Part shown: piece after piece, positions 1 to 8,691 of the stretch
How positions within the stretch are numbered: the first letter of the stretch is position 1
How the letters are laid out: every line of letters starts with the position of its first letter
Virus record (IMG/VR): IMGVR_UViG_3300020045_006153
Location: 1-51,549 of that record
Origin: a virus
Taxonomy: Duplodnaviria > Heunggongvirae > Uroviricota > Caudoviricetes
Reading direction: 5' to 3' (one strand)
Length of the DNA: 51,549 nucleotides
The notes under the pieces: generated by a model
What the model was told of the DNA's origin: nothing
The model's database searches: none
Seen by the model: the letters and a program-made list of their open reading frames with translations, nothing else
Translations under genes and position numbers: made by a program

Positions 1-7
1 AACTGAG

Positions 8-505
8 TTATTCAAGGGCCTCCATTAAGAGTTCTTCGTCTATGGCATCGTCGAGTTCACTGGCTTCGTAGATGTCAAAGTGCGGGTTTTTTACAACGGC
101 GAAACAGAAATCTTCGTTGTCTTGGATGCGCAGCCACCGATACCGTGCCGCATCTTTGCGTAGCGTGTCGAGTTCTATCTGTAGCCTCCACACATTCCTG
201 GCTTCTGTCAGCCTCTCTATCTCCGCAGCCTGTGCGTCGATCTCTGCCCGCAGGCTGTCTGTTGCTTCTTGGTTCATACTATTCTTTACTATTTTATCTG
301 ATCCACTGCACGGAATGTCTTCTTCATAAAACCGCTTCCATAGACCTGTGTAATACATTACTTTATTACATTGGGTGCATTTGAAACGGCCTGTATCAAT
401 ATCTTCATACGTAAAATCTTCGTATGCAGGTACATTTTCCAACTCGCCGGTCCAGTCATTAAATGCTGGTTCAGGGTAGAACCATTTCTTATGATTACAC
501 TCCAT
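8..505 (-). CDS. Hypothetical phage protein with CxxC and a C-terminal Ead/Ea22-like segment
   Basis: 165-aa ORF with CTQC, a coiled-coil stretch and the DAARYRWLR motif typical of small phage accessory proteins. Its ATG overlaps the TAA of the upstream ORF. Confidence 0.6.
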   Translation of the reverse strand: MECNHKKWFYPEPAFNDWTGELENVPAYEDFTYEDIDTGRFKCTQCNKVMYYTGLWKRFYEEDIPCSGSDKIVKNSMNQEATDSLRAEIDAQAAEIERLTEARNVWRLQIELDTLRKDAARYRWLRIQDNEDFCFAVVKNPHFDIYEASELDDAIDEELLMEALE

Positions 506-651
506 TAGTCGGCCCTTGAGTAACTCAGTACATTGCCTTGGCCATATTGGGCTTCGGCTAATGCCTTAGCAGCCCAGTCATTATCTGCCCAAGTAATTGC
601 ATTAGTAGTTTGACGATCGTTAATGCGAATCCAAAGGTTGTATTTGTACAC
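505..651 (-). CDS. Small hypothetical protein, 48 aa (not in ORF track)
   Basis: Read by hand: GTG start with AGGA RBS, MYKYNLWIRINDRQTTNAITWADNDWAAKALAEAQYGQGNVLSYSRAD*. TAATG coupling to the next gene; directly downstream of a consensus sigma70 promoter. Confidence 0.75.
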   Translation of the reverse strand: MYKYNLWIRINDRQTTNAITWADNDWAAKALAEAQYGQGNVLSYSRAD

Positions 652-683
652 GTTAGTTCCTGTGCTTGTTAATCTATGTATTA

Positions 684-712
684 ATTATAGCAGGTTTTAC
701 CTACCTTGTCAA
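684..712 (-). promoter_or_regulatory. Sigma70-type early promoter
   Basis: Minus strand reads TTGACA-AGGTAGGTAAAACCTGC(17)-TATAAT, a perfect consensus. Confidence 0.9.
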
Positions 713-922
713 TCTCTTTATAGGTCTACTTTGTAAAGTAGCAGAGATTGCTAACGACAGCATCCACAGAAGTCCTGCCATAATAGCGGGAAATACCCCG
801 CATTTTACTGCTACCCATATAATACCTATCCATCCAAACAGGGTAGTCATCGTAATAGCAAATGCTAGAAATACAACTACAATCGCAATGAACGTTCCGA
901 ATACTTCTTTAAGAAAGTACAT
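701..922 (-). CDS. Small membrane protein, 73 aa
   Basis: Two or three hydrophobic stretches; overlaps the end of the upstream gene. Confidence 0.6.
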   Translation of the reverse strand: MYFLKEVFGTFIAIVVVFLAFAITMTTLFGWIGIIWVAVKCGVFPAIMAGLLWMLSLAISATLQSRPIKRLTR

Positions 923-1226
923 AGAAGTCCTCTACAACTGCTTGAGCAATCGCACGTTGCGGCGTTTTAGCATAGTAACGATATTCGCCGGTGCACACCC
1001 AATCTCCTGGAAAGAATCCAGACAGCGATGGAAACATATCGTACTTTTCAGCAATTGGACTAATTGTTCGCCATTCTTTGTAATTAAATTTTTCCCAGTT
1101 GTTATTAAACAACACATAAACATCATCTGATGTGAATGCTGTATAAATTTGTTCTCGAGAATACCCGATCGTAAGTGCAAGCCTATAGTTTACATCTCGA
1201 TCGGGTAAGGTGTTAGGACACATCAT
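909..1226 (-). CDS. Hypothetical protein resembling the DUF2591/NinX-like phage family
   Basis: N-terminal D.DVNYRLAL.IG, central ISPIAEKY and C-terminal TPQRAIAQAVV resemble the family pattern as I recall it; lies downstream of a sigma70 promoter. Confidence 0.5.
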   Translation of the reverse strand: MMCPNTLPDRDVNYRLALTIGYSREQIYTAFTSDDVYVLFNNNWEKFNYKEWRTISPIAEKYDMFPSLSGFFPGDWVCTGEYRYYAKTPQRAIAQAVVEDFYVLS

Positions 1227-1256
1227 AAAATCTTACAAGTTTGTTAAAGTAAGTAT

Positions 1257-1285
1257 ACTGTAACAGGTTTTACCTACCTTGTCAA
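1257..1285 (-). promoter_or_regulatory. Sigma70-type early promoter (near-duplicate of 684-712)
   Basis: TTGACA-AGGTAGGTAAAACCTGT(17)-TACAGT. The 22 bp at 1264-1285 are identical to 691-712. Confidence 0.8.
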
Positions 1286-1286
1286 G

Positions 1287-2066
1287 TTAAATGTAAAAAA
1301 TACCTTCATGAAAAGGAAAATAACATTCGTTTCTTTCAATTGGCAAGTCTCTACGTGCTTCACAGAACGCATTAGCATGCCCTAGTCCCACGGCTATACT
1401 AAATGCAACGCTTTGGTTACCTATAAACATATCAGCCCCGGCAATAATCTCAGCCATCTCTAACAGATCTTTAGTGGGGTGATGAGGAATATCCCACCCT
1501 GTGTGTTCCTTAAAGGCTACGTGTTCTTCAGGCAATCCGATAAAGACAGCAACATCTTCATGCCCCTCTGATTTCCATTCATTCCACAAGGGGTGTAACG
1601 TCGGGGGTAACCATCGGCCTGTGCGATTAATCACTATCCCCTTTCCTTCAATTGGACGAGGCTTGGGAACAGTTAGCCAAGTCTCGTTGCGCAGTTGCTC
1701 TTTAACAGCGGGGTCTGTGATATTAAACACATCACTATATATATCTACGTAATTTCCTGGGTGGCCTACAAAGGGTACCCTGAACTTATCTAAGTTATGG
1801 GTTACTTCTGCTGTCTTAGGGTCCATAACTTCAAATTTATTAATGTATGGTTGCGCTTCCATGAACGATTTCATGAAATTGAAATCGTTCATTGTCATAC
1901 GACCCTTATGAAATGGGCTAGGCTCTGCCCCATAAAAATGTTTCCCGATCCAATCTATTTGATGTAGGTGTAACAAAAAGTCTCCACCCCCGAAATGTTT
2001 AACAATTGGAAGAGAGTAAATTAAATCTCCCAAAGTTCCACTATGTTTAAATGTATTAGTTGTCAT
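1287..2066 (-). CDS. Glycosyltransferase family 9-like (heptosyltransferase-like GT-B) protein
   Basis: GDLIYSLP near the N-terminus and ADMFIGNQSVAFSIAVGLG match the two GT9 signature regions. Start moved to MTTNTF (2066), 5 nt after a TAAATA box; the ORF track starts at 2129. Confidence 0.65.
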   Translation of the reverse strand: MTTNTFKHSGTLGDLIYSLPIVKHFGGGDFLLHLHQIDWIGKHFYGAEPSPFHKGRMTMNDFNFMKSFMEAQPYINKFEVMDPKTAEVTHNLDKFRVPFVGHPGNYVDIYSDVFNITDPAVKEQLRNETWLTVPKPRPIEGKGIVINRTGRWLPPTLHPLWNEWKSEGHEDVAVFIGLPEEHVAFKEHTGWDIPHHPTKDLLEMAEIIAGADMFIGNQSVAFSIAVGLGHANAFCEARRDLPIERNECYFPFHEGIFYI

Positions 2067-2095
2067 ATAGATATTTAAAGTACTAGTATAACATG

Positions 2096-2124
2096 TTGAC
2101 ACATTGTGAGTAATACTGTACACT
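2096..2124 (+). promoter_or_regulatory. Sigma70-type promoter for the wall hydrolase gene
   Basis: TTGACA-17 bp-TACACT. Confidence 0.7.
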
Positions 2125-2206
2125 AACATTTCGTTAGTAGTTTATCCTTTTTTAAAAGAGATAACTATTACATTCAACTGAAACTACTAGTAAAAGGAGG
2201 TCTTTA

Positions 2207-2794
2207 ATGACTACAATGAAAATGGCTAAGGTGAACGATCTTGGGTCTAACTCTACTATGCTTTCTCAATTGAGTCAAGCATTATTGATCCTGTGTATGA
2301 TCTTAGGACTATTGATACTGTCCGCTCCCTTACTAAAATGGGCGTTTATTAAAACGCCAACCGCGGTGGAAGAACCACCACCTGCTATTAGCATAGCAGT
2401 AGACGAGCACCAATTAAAGTGCTTGGCTAAAAACATTTACCATGAGGCCAGAGGTGAGCCATTTGAAGGTAAAGTTGCAGTGGCGCAAGTCACGTTAAAT
2501 CGAGTAGATAGTGGCAAATTTGCTTCAGACATTTGCGGTGTTATCTACCAAAAAAGAACAGTGTCTGAAAGAATACTGTGTCAGTTTAGTTGGGTTTGTA
2601 ATCAGCAACTTGTTAATAAAAAGTTAAATGATGCAGACTATAACGATAGTCTGAATGTTGCAAGAAAAGTAATGGAAGGGTATCGTCTTCCATCATTAAC
2701 TAATGCAATATTTTATCATGCAAAATATGTAAATCCAAAATGGAAATATACGTTAATTGCAACTATTGGTCAACATCGATTTTATAAAATATAA
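2207..2794 (+). CDS. Cell wall hydrolase, SleB/Hydrolase_2 family, with N-terminal membrane anchor
   Basis: CLAKNIYHEARGE..EG..AVAQVTLNRV, CQFSW, FYHA.YV.PKW and IGQHRFY motifs; strong AAGGAGG RBS; hydrophobic N-terminal helix. Confidence 0.9.
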   Translation: MTTMKMAKVNDLGSNSTMLSQLSQALLILCMILGLLILSAPLLKWAFIKTPTAVEEPPPAISIAVDEHQLKCLAKNIYHEARGEPFEGKVAVAQVTLNRVDSGKFASDICGVIYQKRTVSERILCQFSWVCNQQLVNKKLNDADYNDSLNVARKVMEGYRLPSLTNAIFYHAKYVNPKWKYTLIATIGQHRFYKI

Positions 2795-2795
2795 A

Positions 2796-2846
2796 TAGTG
2801 GGCTAGCCCACTAATCTAATTCACTTAGTGGCAAGCCCACTAAGTG
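2796..2846 (+). repeat. Pair of related inverted repeats (double hairpin)
   Basis: Perfect 18-bp palindrome TAGTGGGCTAGCCCACTA (2796-2813), then CACTTAGTGG-caagc-CCACTAAGTG (2822-2846). AGCCCACTAA recurs at a 29-bp period. Confidence 0.85.
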
Positions 2847-2854
2847 AATTTCTT

Positions 2855-4117
2855 ATGAATATTGTTTTTGAGAACCCTAATACTTTGCGAAATTTTGAAA
2901 ATTGTTTTGCACTAACTGCTGGATCTAATCACAGCGTATTCGACGTATCTCCTATATTTTATCATTTAATCAACGTTGATCAAGAACACAAAGGTAAATT
3001 TATACCATTAGGCATTGAAAAAATAAAATGGATTGATCATTATATAATTCCTACACATGTAGGGTATCATCCTAAAGATTGGTTAGCCAAACGTAACAAT
3101 TTAATATTTGATAATCTTAATCCTGTTTATCTAAATGATTTGAAATCCGGAAAAGCATTACTTTGCATAGACCAATCATTGGAAGGTTATCAAACATTAT
3201 GGATGTGGGATAAGATGCATTTACAATGTGGTAATGTATGCGTTCCGCCTTCTTCCCTTATTTTTATAACAGGCAATGCATTAGCACCTGTTCAGTATGA
3301 TACGTGGTGTAATGAATACGGTATCTGTAATAAAATAAAAGTAATAGCGACAGAAGTACTAGAGAACAATGTTAATAATCCAAATTTAGATATTAATTGG
3401 GATACAAATTTAAATTATAAAATTGATAACATAAATGATATTAAAACGTTTAATTGTTTAAACAAACGGAGTCGTATTCATCGAATTTGGTTTTATCTAT
3501 ACCTGTATAGATCAGGACTACTAGATAAAGGCTTAGTAACAATGAATCCTTATTCAGAAGTGCCTCCACTAGATGGACATGTGATTGATTATACACTTCA
3601 ACAAGATGGATTAAGCAAATTACCTTTATACATATTAAATCTTCCAAATGACGAGCCTGATTTAGCAAATTATCATTTTTATGTATCGAATATATTCAGC
3701 GAAATATATCAAAATAGTTGGGTGAGCATAGTACCAGAATCGACTTTTACAGAAGAGCAACTAAGTGTATTCATTACAGAAAAAACATTTAAATCTATCG
3801 CAAGTATGCATCCGTTTATAATACTAGGAGGCAGGGGCAGTTTATCGAGATTAAGGGATTTAGGTTATCGAACATTTAGCGGATTTATCGATGAAACATA
3901 CGACACTTTATATAGTGTTGATAGATTAGACGCAATTATAAATGAAATTAAACGCATAGATGCTATTGAGGATAAACTAAGTTGGTTCTTATCGATGAAA
4001 GATATCTTAATGCATAATTACAATCTGCTAATATCACGAAATCAAAAGCGGCCGCCAGCTGTTCGAGAATTACTTGATTATTATAATGATTACTTTAGAC
4101 TAGCAGATAATAAATAA
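2855..4117 (+). CDS. Putative glycosyltransferase-like protein (C-terminal ITEKT...PFI..G family)
   Basis: FNCLNK.SR.HR, SWVSIVPES, FITEKTFKSI..MHPFIILG and LGYRTF; the TEK motif recalls GT10-like GT-B folds. ATG at 2855 preferred over GTG at 2828. Confidence 0.45.
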   Translation: MNIVFENPNTLRNFENCFALTAGSNHSVFDVSPIFYHLINVDQEHKGKFIPLGIEKIKWIDHYIIPTHVGYHPKDWLAKRNNLIFDNLNPVYLNDLKSGKALLCIDQSLEGYQTLWMWDKMHLQCGNVCVPPSSLIFITGNALAPVQYDTWCNEYGICNKIKVIATEVLENNVNNPNLDINWDTNLNYKIDNINDIKTFNCLNKRSRIHRIWFYLYLYRSGLLDKGLVTMNPYSEVPPLDGHVIDYTLQQDGLSKLPLYILNLPNDEPDLANYHFYVSNIFSEIYQNSWVSIVPESTFTEEQLSVFITEKTFKSIASMHPFIILGGRGSLSRLRDLGYRTFSGFIDETYDTLYSVDRLDAIINEIKRIDAIEDKLSWFLSMKDILMHNYNLLISRNQKRPPAVRELLDYYNDYFRLADNK

Positions 4118-4121
4118 CATT

Positions 4122-4403
4122 ATGAGAGCACAAGAATTTTTAGAATCTGCATGTAATTGCAATTGCCCTAAATGTGGCAAAAGAAAGTCTGACCAAGAAC
4201 TTGCTGAAAAAGCAAGTACTTCGTTATGTCATAGTACAAAGACATTAGGGTACAGCGACCATTGTTCGTGTGTATCCCAGGGACTGCGCCCGCATTCGTC
4301 TAAAGGAAAAGGTCATACTGATGGCCACGGTAATTATACCAAAGGTAAAAAAGCCAAAGGTACCGCATACGGCGGATCAGTTAAAGATTACAGCGGCAAA
4401 TAA
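4122..4403 (+). CDS. Small Cys/His/Lys-rich protein with MRAQEFLE N-terminus (possible virion-internal protein)
   Basis: 93 aa, 7 Cys including CNCNCPKC; TAAATA box 5 nt upstream of the ATG. Confidence 0.6.
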   Translation: MRAQEFLESACNCNCPKCGKRKSDQELAEKASTSLCHSTKTLGYSDHCSCVSQGLRPHSSKGKGHTDGHGNYTKGKKAKGTAYGGSVKDYSGK

Positions 4404-4958
4404 TTATTTCCAACGTGGGAATTTAGATAAGTTTTCCAAGAACCGATCAGGGTGTATTTTCCATACAGTTTGATCGGTTCCCCTGTAATGTACTTCTGTA
4501 ACTTTCTCTACAATGCCTAACTTAGCAAGGGTAGGAAAGTAATAAGAATGTACTAGTCGTTGACTAGCAACTTTACTAGTATTGCTAGTTGCGTAAATGT
4601 TGTTGCCTTTTGTATATTCAATACATGCAGGCAAAAGAAATTGATCTGTTAGATTTTGATGCTCTGCAATTAATTTCTTAGGAGTAATTAGTCCACCGTT
4701 TTGCCTTGCTTCACCAAACGAACATGTACGTGCTAATACCCTATATGATTTTAAACCCATAATATCGAATGTGTGAGTAACTACACTGCCTATTGCTTTA
4801 TTATCTTGATATAGTATCCATGCTTTTTTGTCAGTTTCATTATTAAAGCAATCAATCATTACTTTCTGATTTTTATTATTTTCAAATCCGCGAGCATCTG
4901 CTTCTGCATAGAACTCAGTAAGATCTAGTTCTGGTGACCAATCTACTAATTTATACAT
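4404..4958 (-). CDS. Hypothetical protein, possible GNAT-like fold
   Basis: AWILYQDNKAIGSVV...YRVLAR pattern. Start moved to MYKLVDW (4958), overlapping the upstream stop. Confidence 0.4.
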   Translation of the reverse strand: MYKLVDWSPELDLTEFYAEADARGFENNKNQKVMIDCFNNETDKKAWILYQDNKAIGSVVTHTFDIMGLKSYRVLARTCSFGEARQNGGLITPKKLIAEHQNLTDQFLLPACIEYTKGNNIYATSNTSKVASQRLVHSYYFPTLAKLGIVEKVTEVHYRGTDQTVWKIHPDRFLENLSKFPRWK

Positions 4959-5643
4959 ATATTTCCTTCGCTGATTCAATAAAGTCTCTTGGATAATTGT
5001 TACTAAAACTTTCAAAACATAATTGTTGTATGTTTCTTAAATGCGTAGGAGTATCCCAATCTATTCCCATAGATTTGCTTTGTTCGCGTAATACAACTCT
5101 ACGACCTTCACTTATATGGCTTAAAAAACTATTAACAGTAATAGGAGGGTCAGTTTGATCGTACGTGAAGAAATAGTTAATGCTTTTTAACTTGCCTTCT
5201 ACAACAAAATAACTGCTTGGATGCATTGATATTTTGTATAATCCGAGATCTTTATGTGCTTGAATAATAGCAAGCATTTGTTCTTGCCAATCCGGAATAA
5301 TTTCATCAAACGAACTTTGATTATTATCTAAACTTCGTTGCCAAAAGTCTACTCCGTCGATTTCTAAATAAATTTTTCGTTGTGTATAATCTATATCTAA
5401 TATTTTTGGTACTAGATGATTATATGCACCGTGCATTTTCTGAAGAAATTTTACTTCGCGTTCCCATTTCTCGTTCATTAGCGCAGGGTCTACTACTTCA
5501 TTTTTACCTTTATGGTAATCACTATCATTAACATAATGTTGTACAAATACTTTCTTATCCTCACTAATAAGGCTTGTATAAATGAGATTGTTGCGCCAAG
5601 GTTTTTCGCCTGGTACTTGATTGAAGTAGTATTGATATTGCAT
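4951..5643 (-). CDS. Protein-kinase-like fold protein with atypical catalytic loop
   Basis: EREVKFL (alphaC), VPKILD, IYLEI, then YKISMHPSS in place of HxDxxxxN and INYF in place of DFG. Paralogue of 8684-9379. Confidence 0.55.
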   Translation of the reverse strand: MQYQYYFNQVPGEKPWRNNLIYTSLISEDKKVFVQHYVNDSDYHKGKNEVVDPALMNEKWEREVKFLQKMHGAYNHLVPKILDIDYTQRKIYLEIDGVDFWQRSLDNNQSSFDEIIPDWQEQMLAIIQAHKDLGLYKISMHPSSYFVVEGKLKSINYFFTYDQTDPPITVNSFLSHISEGRRVVLREQSKSMGIDWDTPTHLRNIQQLCFESFSNNYPRDFIESAKEIYV

Positions 5644-5712
5644 ATTTTTTGATAACCTACTATAATTTAGCATAACTACGTGTATAAACACAATCTAATT
5701 GAAGAGGATAGT

Positions 5713-6525
5713 ATGATTAAAGGTATTGGTGGTATTCCATATATTAACATGGAAGAGCATTTAGATATGGCATCATTTGATAAATTACAACCAGAAATTT
5801 ATCGAGGGTTTGCAGATGCTAGAGAGTATGCTAAAGAAGGTACTTGGATGAAACCTGGTTTTAGTTTTGATAAAGCAAGTTACAAAATAAATTGGAAACC
5901 TATATATAAAGCAATTGAAGAGTTTCTTGCGTTGCCAGACGACGATCCAATTAAACTAGGTGGTATTGATTTGTACAGAGACTTTAATGATTTTCGTGTA
6001 CGAAACCGATTTACTCGTTATGTTAAAATGGCAATGGGGGCATACGACCCTTACATTTATTACTTTCTATCTGATCAAGGTAACTGGAATGATAGAACAT
6101 CTATTCGTCCGCCGACTGCTGAAGCAGCATTTTTTCCTGGACTAGTGCAATGGGTAGAAGATTTAAAAACTAGTGGAGTATTTGAATATATCGGGCGAGT
6201 CATTTTATTTCATGTTGAATCAGACGGAGTTCCTTTTGAACATAGAGATTTAGATGCAAAGAATGGAGTGTTTGATAATGACTTATATTCACCACATCGA
6301 AATGAATTTATTCACCTACGCCCAAATACAAAAAAATCGTTCTATTTGTGGGATCCTGATACTCAAAATAAAATTCATCTTAATACCAAAGCCGCCTGGT
6401 GGAACGACCAAGATTGGCATGGTGGCGATGCAATTAAAGAACAGAGTTATAGTTTGCGCATTGATGGTAAGTTTACAGAAGAATTCCGTAAGAAGTTAGG
6501 TATTTCTCACTTGGAGAATTATTAA
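5713..6525 (+). CDS. Cupin/2OG-Fe(II) oxygenase-like protein
   Basis: PFEHRD and DWHGGD give an HxD...H metal triad; GAGGA RBS supports the ATG at 5713. Confidence 0.5.
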   Translation: MIKGIGGIPYINMEEHLDMASFDKLQPEIYRGFADAREYAKEGTWMKPGFSFDKASYKINWKPIYKAIEEFLALPDDDPIKLGGIDLYRDFNDFRVRNRFTRYVKMAMGAYDPYIYYFLSDQGNWNDRTSIRPPTAEAAFFPGLVQWVEDLKTSGVFEYIGRVILFHVESDGVPFEHRDLDAKNGVFDNDLYSPHRNEFIHLRPNTKKSFYLWDPDTQNKIHLNTKAAWWNDQDWHGGDAIKEQSYSLRIDGKFTEEFRKKLGISHLENY

Positions 6526-7019
6526 TGATTTATCATGGAAATTTTAAAGATTGGATAAAACCCGAATGGACAGATTATTGGACAAATAATACCGGATTAT
6601 TGAGGCCTGAGCAAGGTGAGACTCCTAAGGAACAATATAAAAATGCATTACATGCCGGATTGCCAACGGGAGTAACCATGTGGGAATACTTCTCATTTAA
6701 AAACTGTCCGTTTAATATAACAGAATTTCCCTTAGATAATCATAGAAATATAGTTTGGTGGGTAACTAAAATGAAGCCTGGTATGTACTGCCCGCTGCAT
6801 ACAGATGATTATAATAACGATCGCAAAAATTGCACTCGTTATTGGATGCCATTGCAAGATTATACAACTGGACATATATTTTTGTATAAGGACGAATTTG
6901 TAAAGGACTATAAAATGGGAGATATTTGGTCATTTGATAGTGCAACTGAAATTCACGGTGCAGCAAATATTGGATATATTCCTAGAATGACATTTTTGTT
7001 TACTAGTTACGATTTATGA
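6525..7019 (+). CDS. 2OG-Fe(II) oxygenase, Asp/Asn beta-hydroxylase-like
   Basis: KMKPGMYCPLHTD ... IHGAANIG..PR; translationally coupled to the upstream gene. Confidence 0.7.
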   Translation: MIYHGNFKDWIKPEWTDYWTNNTGLLRPEQGETPKEQYKNALHAGLPTGVTMWEYFSFKNCPFNITEFPLDNHRNIVWWVTKMKPGMYCPLHTDDYNNDRKNCTRYWMPLQDYTTGHIFLYKDEFVKDYKMGDIWSFDSATEIHGAANIGYIPRMTFLFTSYDL

Positions 7020-7585
7020 TACACATTTTAGATGAATTCGATGTTGATTATGCTGTACAATATTATAACGAGTTAACTCTATCTAAACAGCAATTACATT
7101 GGCATTGGTATAATGATCATCCAGATCACGATATGGTAGATCCTAAAAATAACATATTAGATATGCATGGATGGGGTCTGCAGACAATCTATAAAGATAA
7201 ACAATTTCCATATCATATTGATATTGATCCACATGATGACGGGCCAGAACTATTTACTGATACTGAACTAGTATTTGGATTTGCTAAACAATTACTCAGT
7301 ATGTATCCCTCAGGATATAGACCGTTTTTACTTGTGTTACCTCCGGGCAACTTTGTAGATAAATGGAAGCCGCCACCGTCATCACCTGTACATGATATGA
7401 TGTTTGTTCCTATTATATCAAATAATAAATGCACGTTGATGTCACACACTATACCTGTAATACAATATCAGTTGGTACCAGGGACAACAGTTTTAGCAAC
7501 TACTAACGCAGACACAGAATTACGAAATGATGGAGATACTGACTTAGTTTTTATCTTATTCAACTTACCCAAAGGATCTCTATGA
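7016..7585 (+). CDS. Cupin-like protein with degenerate metal ligands
   Basis: LPPGNFVDKWKP and TELRNDG..D.VF occupy the positions of the PG...HxD and H...N motifs of its neighbours, but the His residues are absent. Confidence 0.4.
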   Translation: MIHILDEFDVDYAVQYYNELTLSKQQLHWHWYNDHPDHDMVDPKNNILDMHGWGLQTIYKDKQFPYHIDIDPHDDGPELFTDTELVFGFAKQLLSMYPSGYRPFLLVLPPGNFVDKWKPPPSSPVHDMMFVPIISNNKCTLMSHTIPVIQYQLVPGTTVLATTNADTELRNDGDTDLVFILFNLPKGSL

Positions 7586-8127
7586 TATATATTGGAAATT
7601 ATAAAGAGTGGATTGATAACACTGGAATAATTAAGCACCTTGACTTGCACGACGGCGACACTCGCCCTGTTTATCAGCCAGACAGATGGAAAGGAGATCC
7701 TGCACTTGATGCAGCATTTGCAATTCAGCGGCCTGCATATCAACATACTAATCATGTATTTCAACAATTTAATATTAACTCTGCCGATATGAAAGACTTT
7801 CCTATTGAAATGCCAACATTGCCCGACTATGAAGCAGGCAGAAACCGATCATGGTGGTTTATTAAATTGTTGCCTGGCCAGTTTCAACCAATGCATTTTG
7901 ATCCACATTTAGTTGAAGTTAAAAATCCTGTTAGATACTCGTTCTTTTTACAAGATTGGATACCTGGTCACATATATACATGGGCAGACGGAAAAACTAT
8001 TGCAAATTATAAAGCAGGTGACATGTATCGTTGGTCAGATGCTATGTGTTATCACGGATGCGCGAATATTGGATTTGAAAATAGATATACATTTCAAATT
8101 ACAACACACGGGTCACCGATAGCCTAA
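7582..8127 (+). CDS. 2OG-Fe(II) oxygenase, Asp/Asn beta-hydroxylase-like
   Basis: KLLPGQFQPMHFD ... YHGCANIG..NR; clear paralogue of 6525-7019 (MIYxGNxKxWI start). Confidence 0.7.
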   Translation: MIYIGNYKEWIDNTGIIKHLDLHDGDTRPVYQPDRWKGDPALDAAFAIQRPAYQHTNHVFQQFNINSADMKDFPIEMPTLPDYEAGRNRSWWFIKLLPGQFQPMHFDPHLVEVKNPVRYSFFLQDWIPGHIYTWADGKTIANYKAGDMYRWSDAMCYHGCANIGFENRYTFQITTHGSPIA

Positions 8128-8691
8128 TACATGAAACATAAGTGCAGGTTTCATACTTGCGTTTATGCCGCAATGCCATTCGCGAGGACTATTCCACTTA
8201 ACTATTGCACCTTCTTTTTGATTAAACAAATAGTCTTCACCTAATATCAGGATTTGACCTGGTGCAGATTCTTCAATAAAGATGCTGTACCGTAGTATTT
8301 CACCTTGTTTTAGATATTCTGCTTCGTTATCGTCTACATCCCAATGCCACGGTGCAATAAACCCCGGATCTATTCTACTAATCCAAGATCTATGCGGAGT
8401 AATGCGTAAGTATTTGCAAACTTGTTTAGTTACGTTATTATCAAAATGGTCATTAGGGTAATAATTAGTCCATTTAATTGCAGCAGGATTAAAGTTTCCG
8501 TTTTTCCACATAGAAAAAATATCAGTATATCCCGGTGTGTCTAAATGCCATCTAGTAGGATCAGTTGTAACTGAATCACCCTCTTGAGAAGTAACATGCG
8601 CAACTACGTCATTCCATTTAACTCTGCGATATCCTCCCATATAATCACAACTTGTAAGTTTTATAAACTTTGCGGCATTGGGATTAAACAT
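8113..8691 (-). CDS. 2OG-Fe(II) oxygenase/cupin
   Basis: RIDPGFIAPWHWD ... WHCGINAS; start at 8691 overlaps the upstream stop. Confidence 0.7.
   Translation of the reverse strand: MFNPNAAKFIKLTSCDYMGGYRRVKWNDVVAHVTSQEGDSVTTDPTRWHLDTPGYTDIFSMWKNGNFNPAAIKWTNYYPNDHFDNNVTKQVCKYLRITPHRSWISRIDPGFIAPWHWDVDDNEAEYLKQGEILRYSIFIEESAPGQILILGEDYLFNQKEGAIVKWNSPREWHCGINASMKPALMFHVLGYR

Noticed and set aside
666-1130. 154-aa plus-strand ORF and the many other antisense or alternate-frame ORFs in the track (e.g. 17380-17748, 19521-19889, 30604-31167, 36465-36833, 39287-39643)
   Set aside because: They are shadows of well-supported genes on the opposite strand or frame, with no motifs, RBS or operon coupling.
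691-1285. 22-bp direct repeat as att sites or mobile-element ends
   Set aside because: Both copies are exactly the -35 box plus spacer of sigma70 promoters; no integrase or transposase is nearby.
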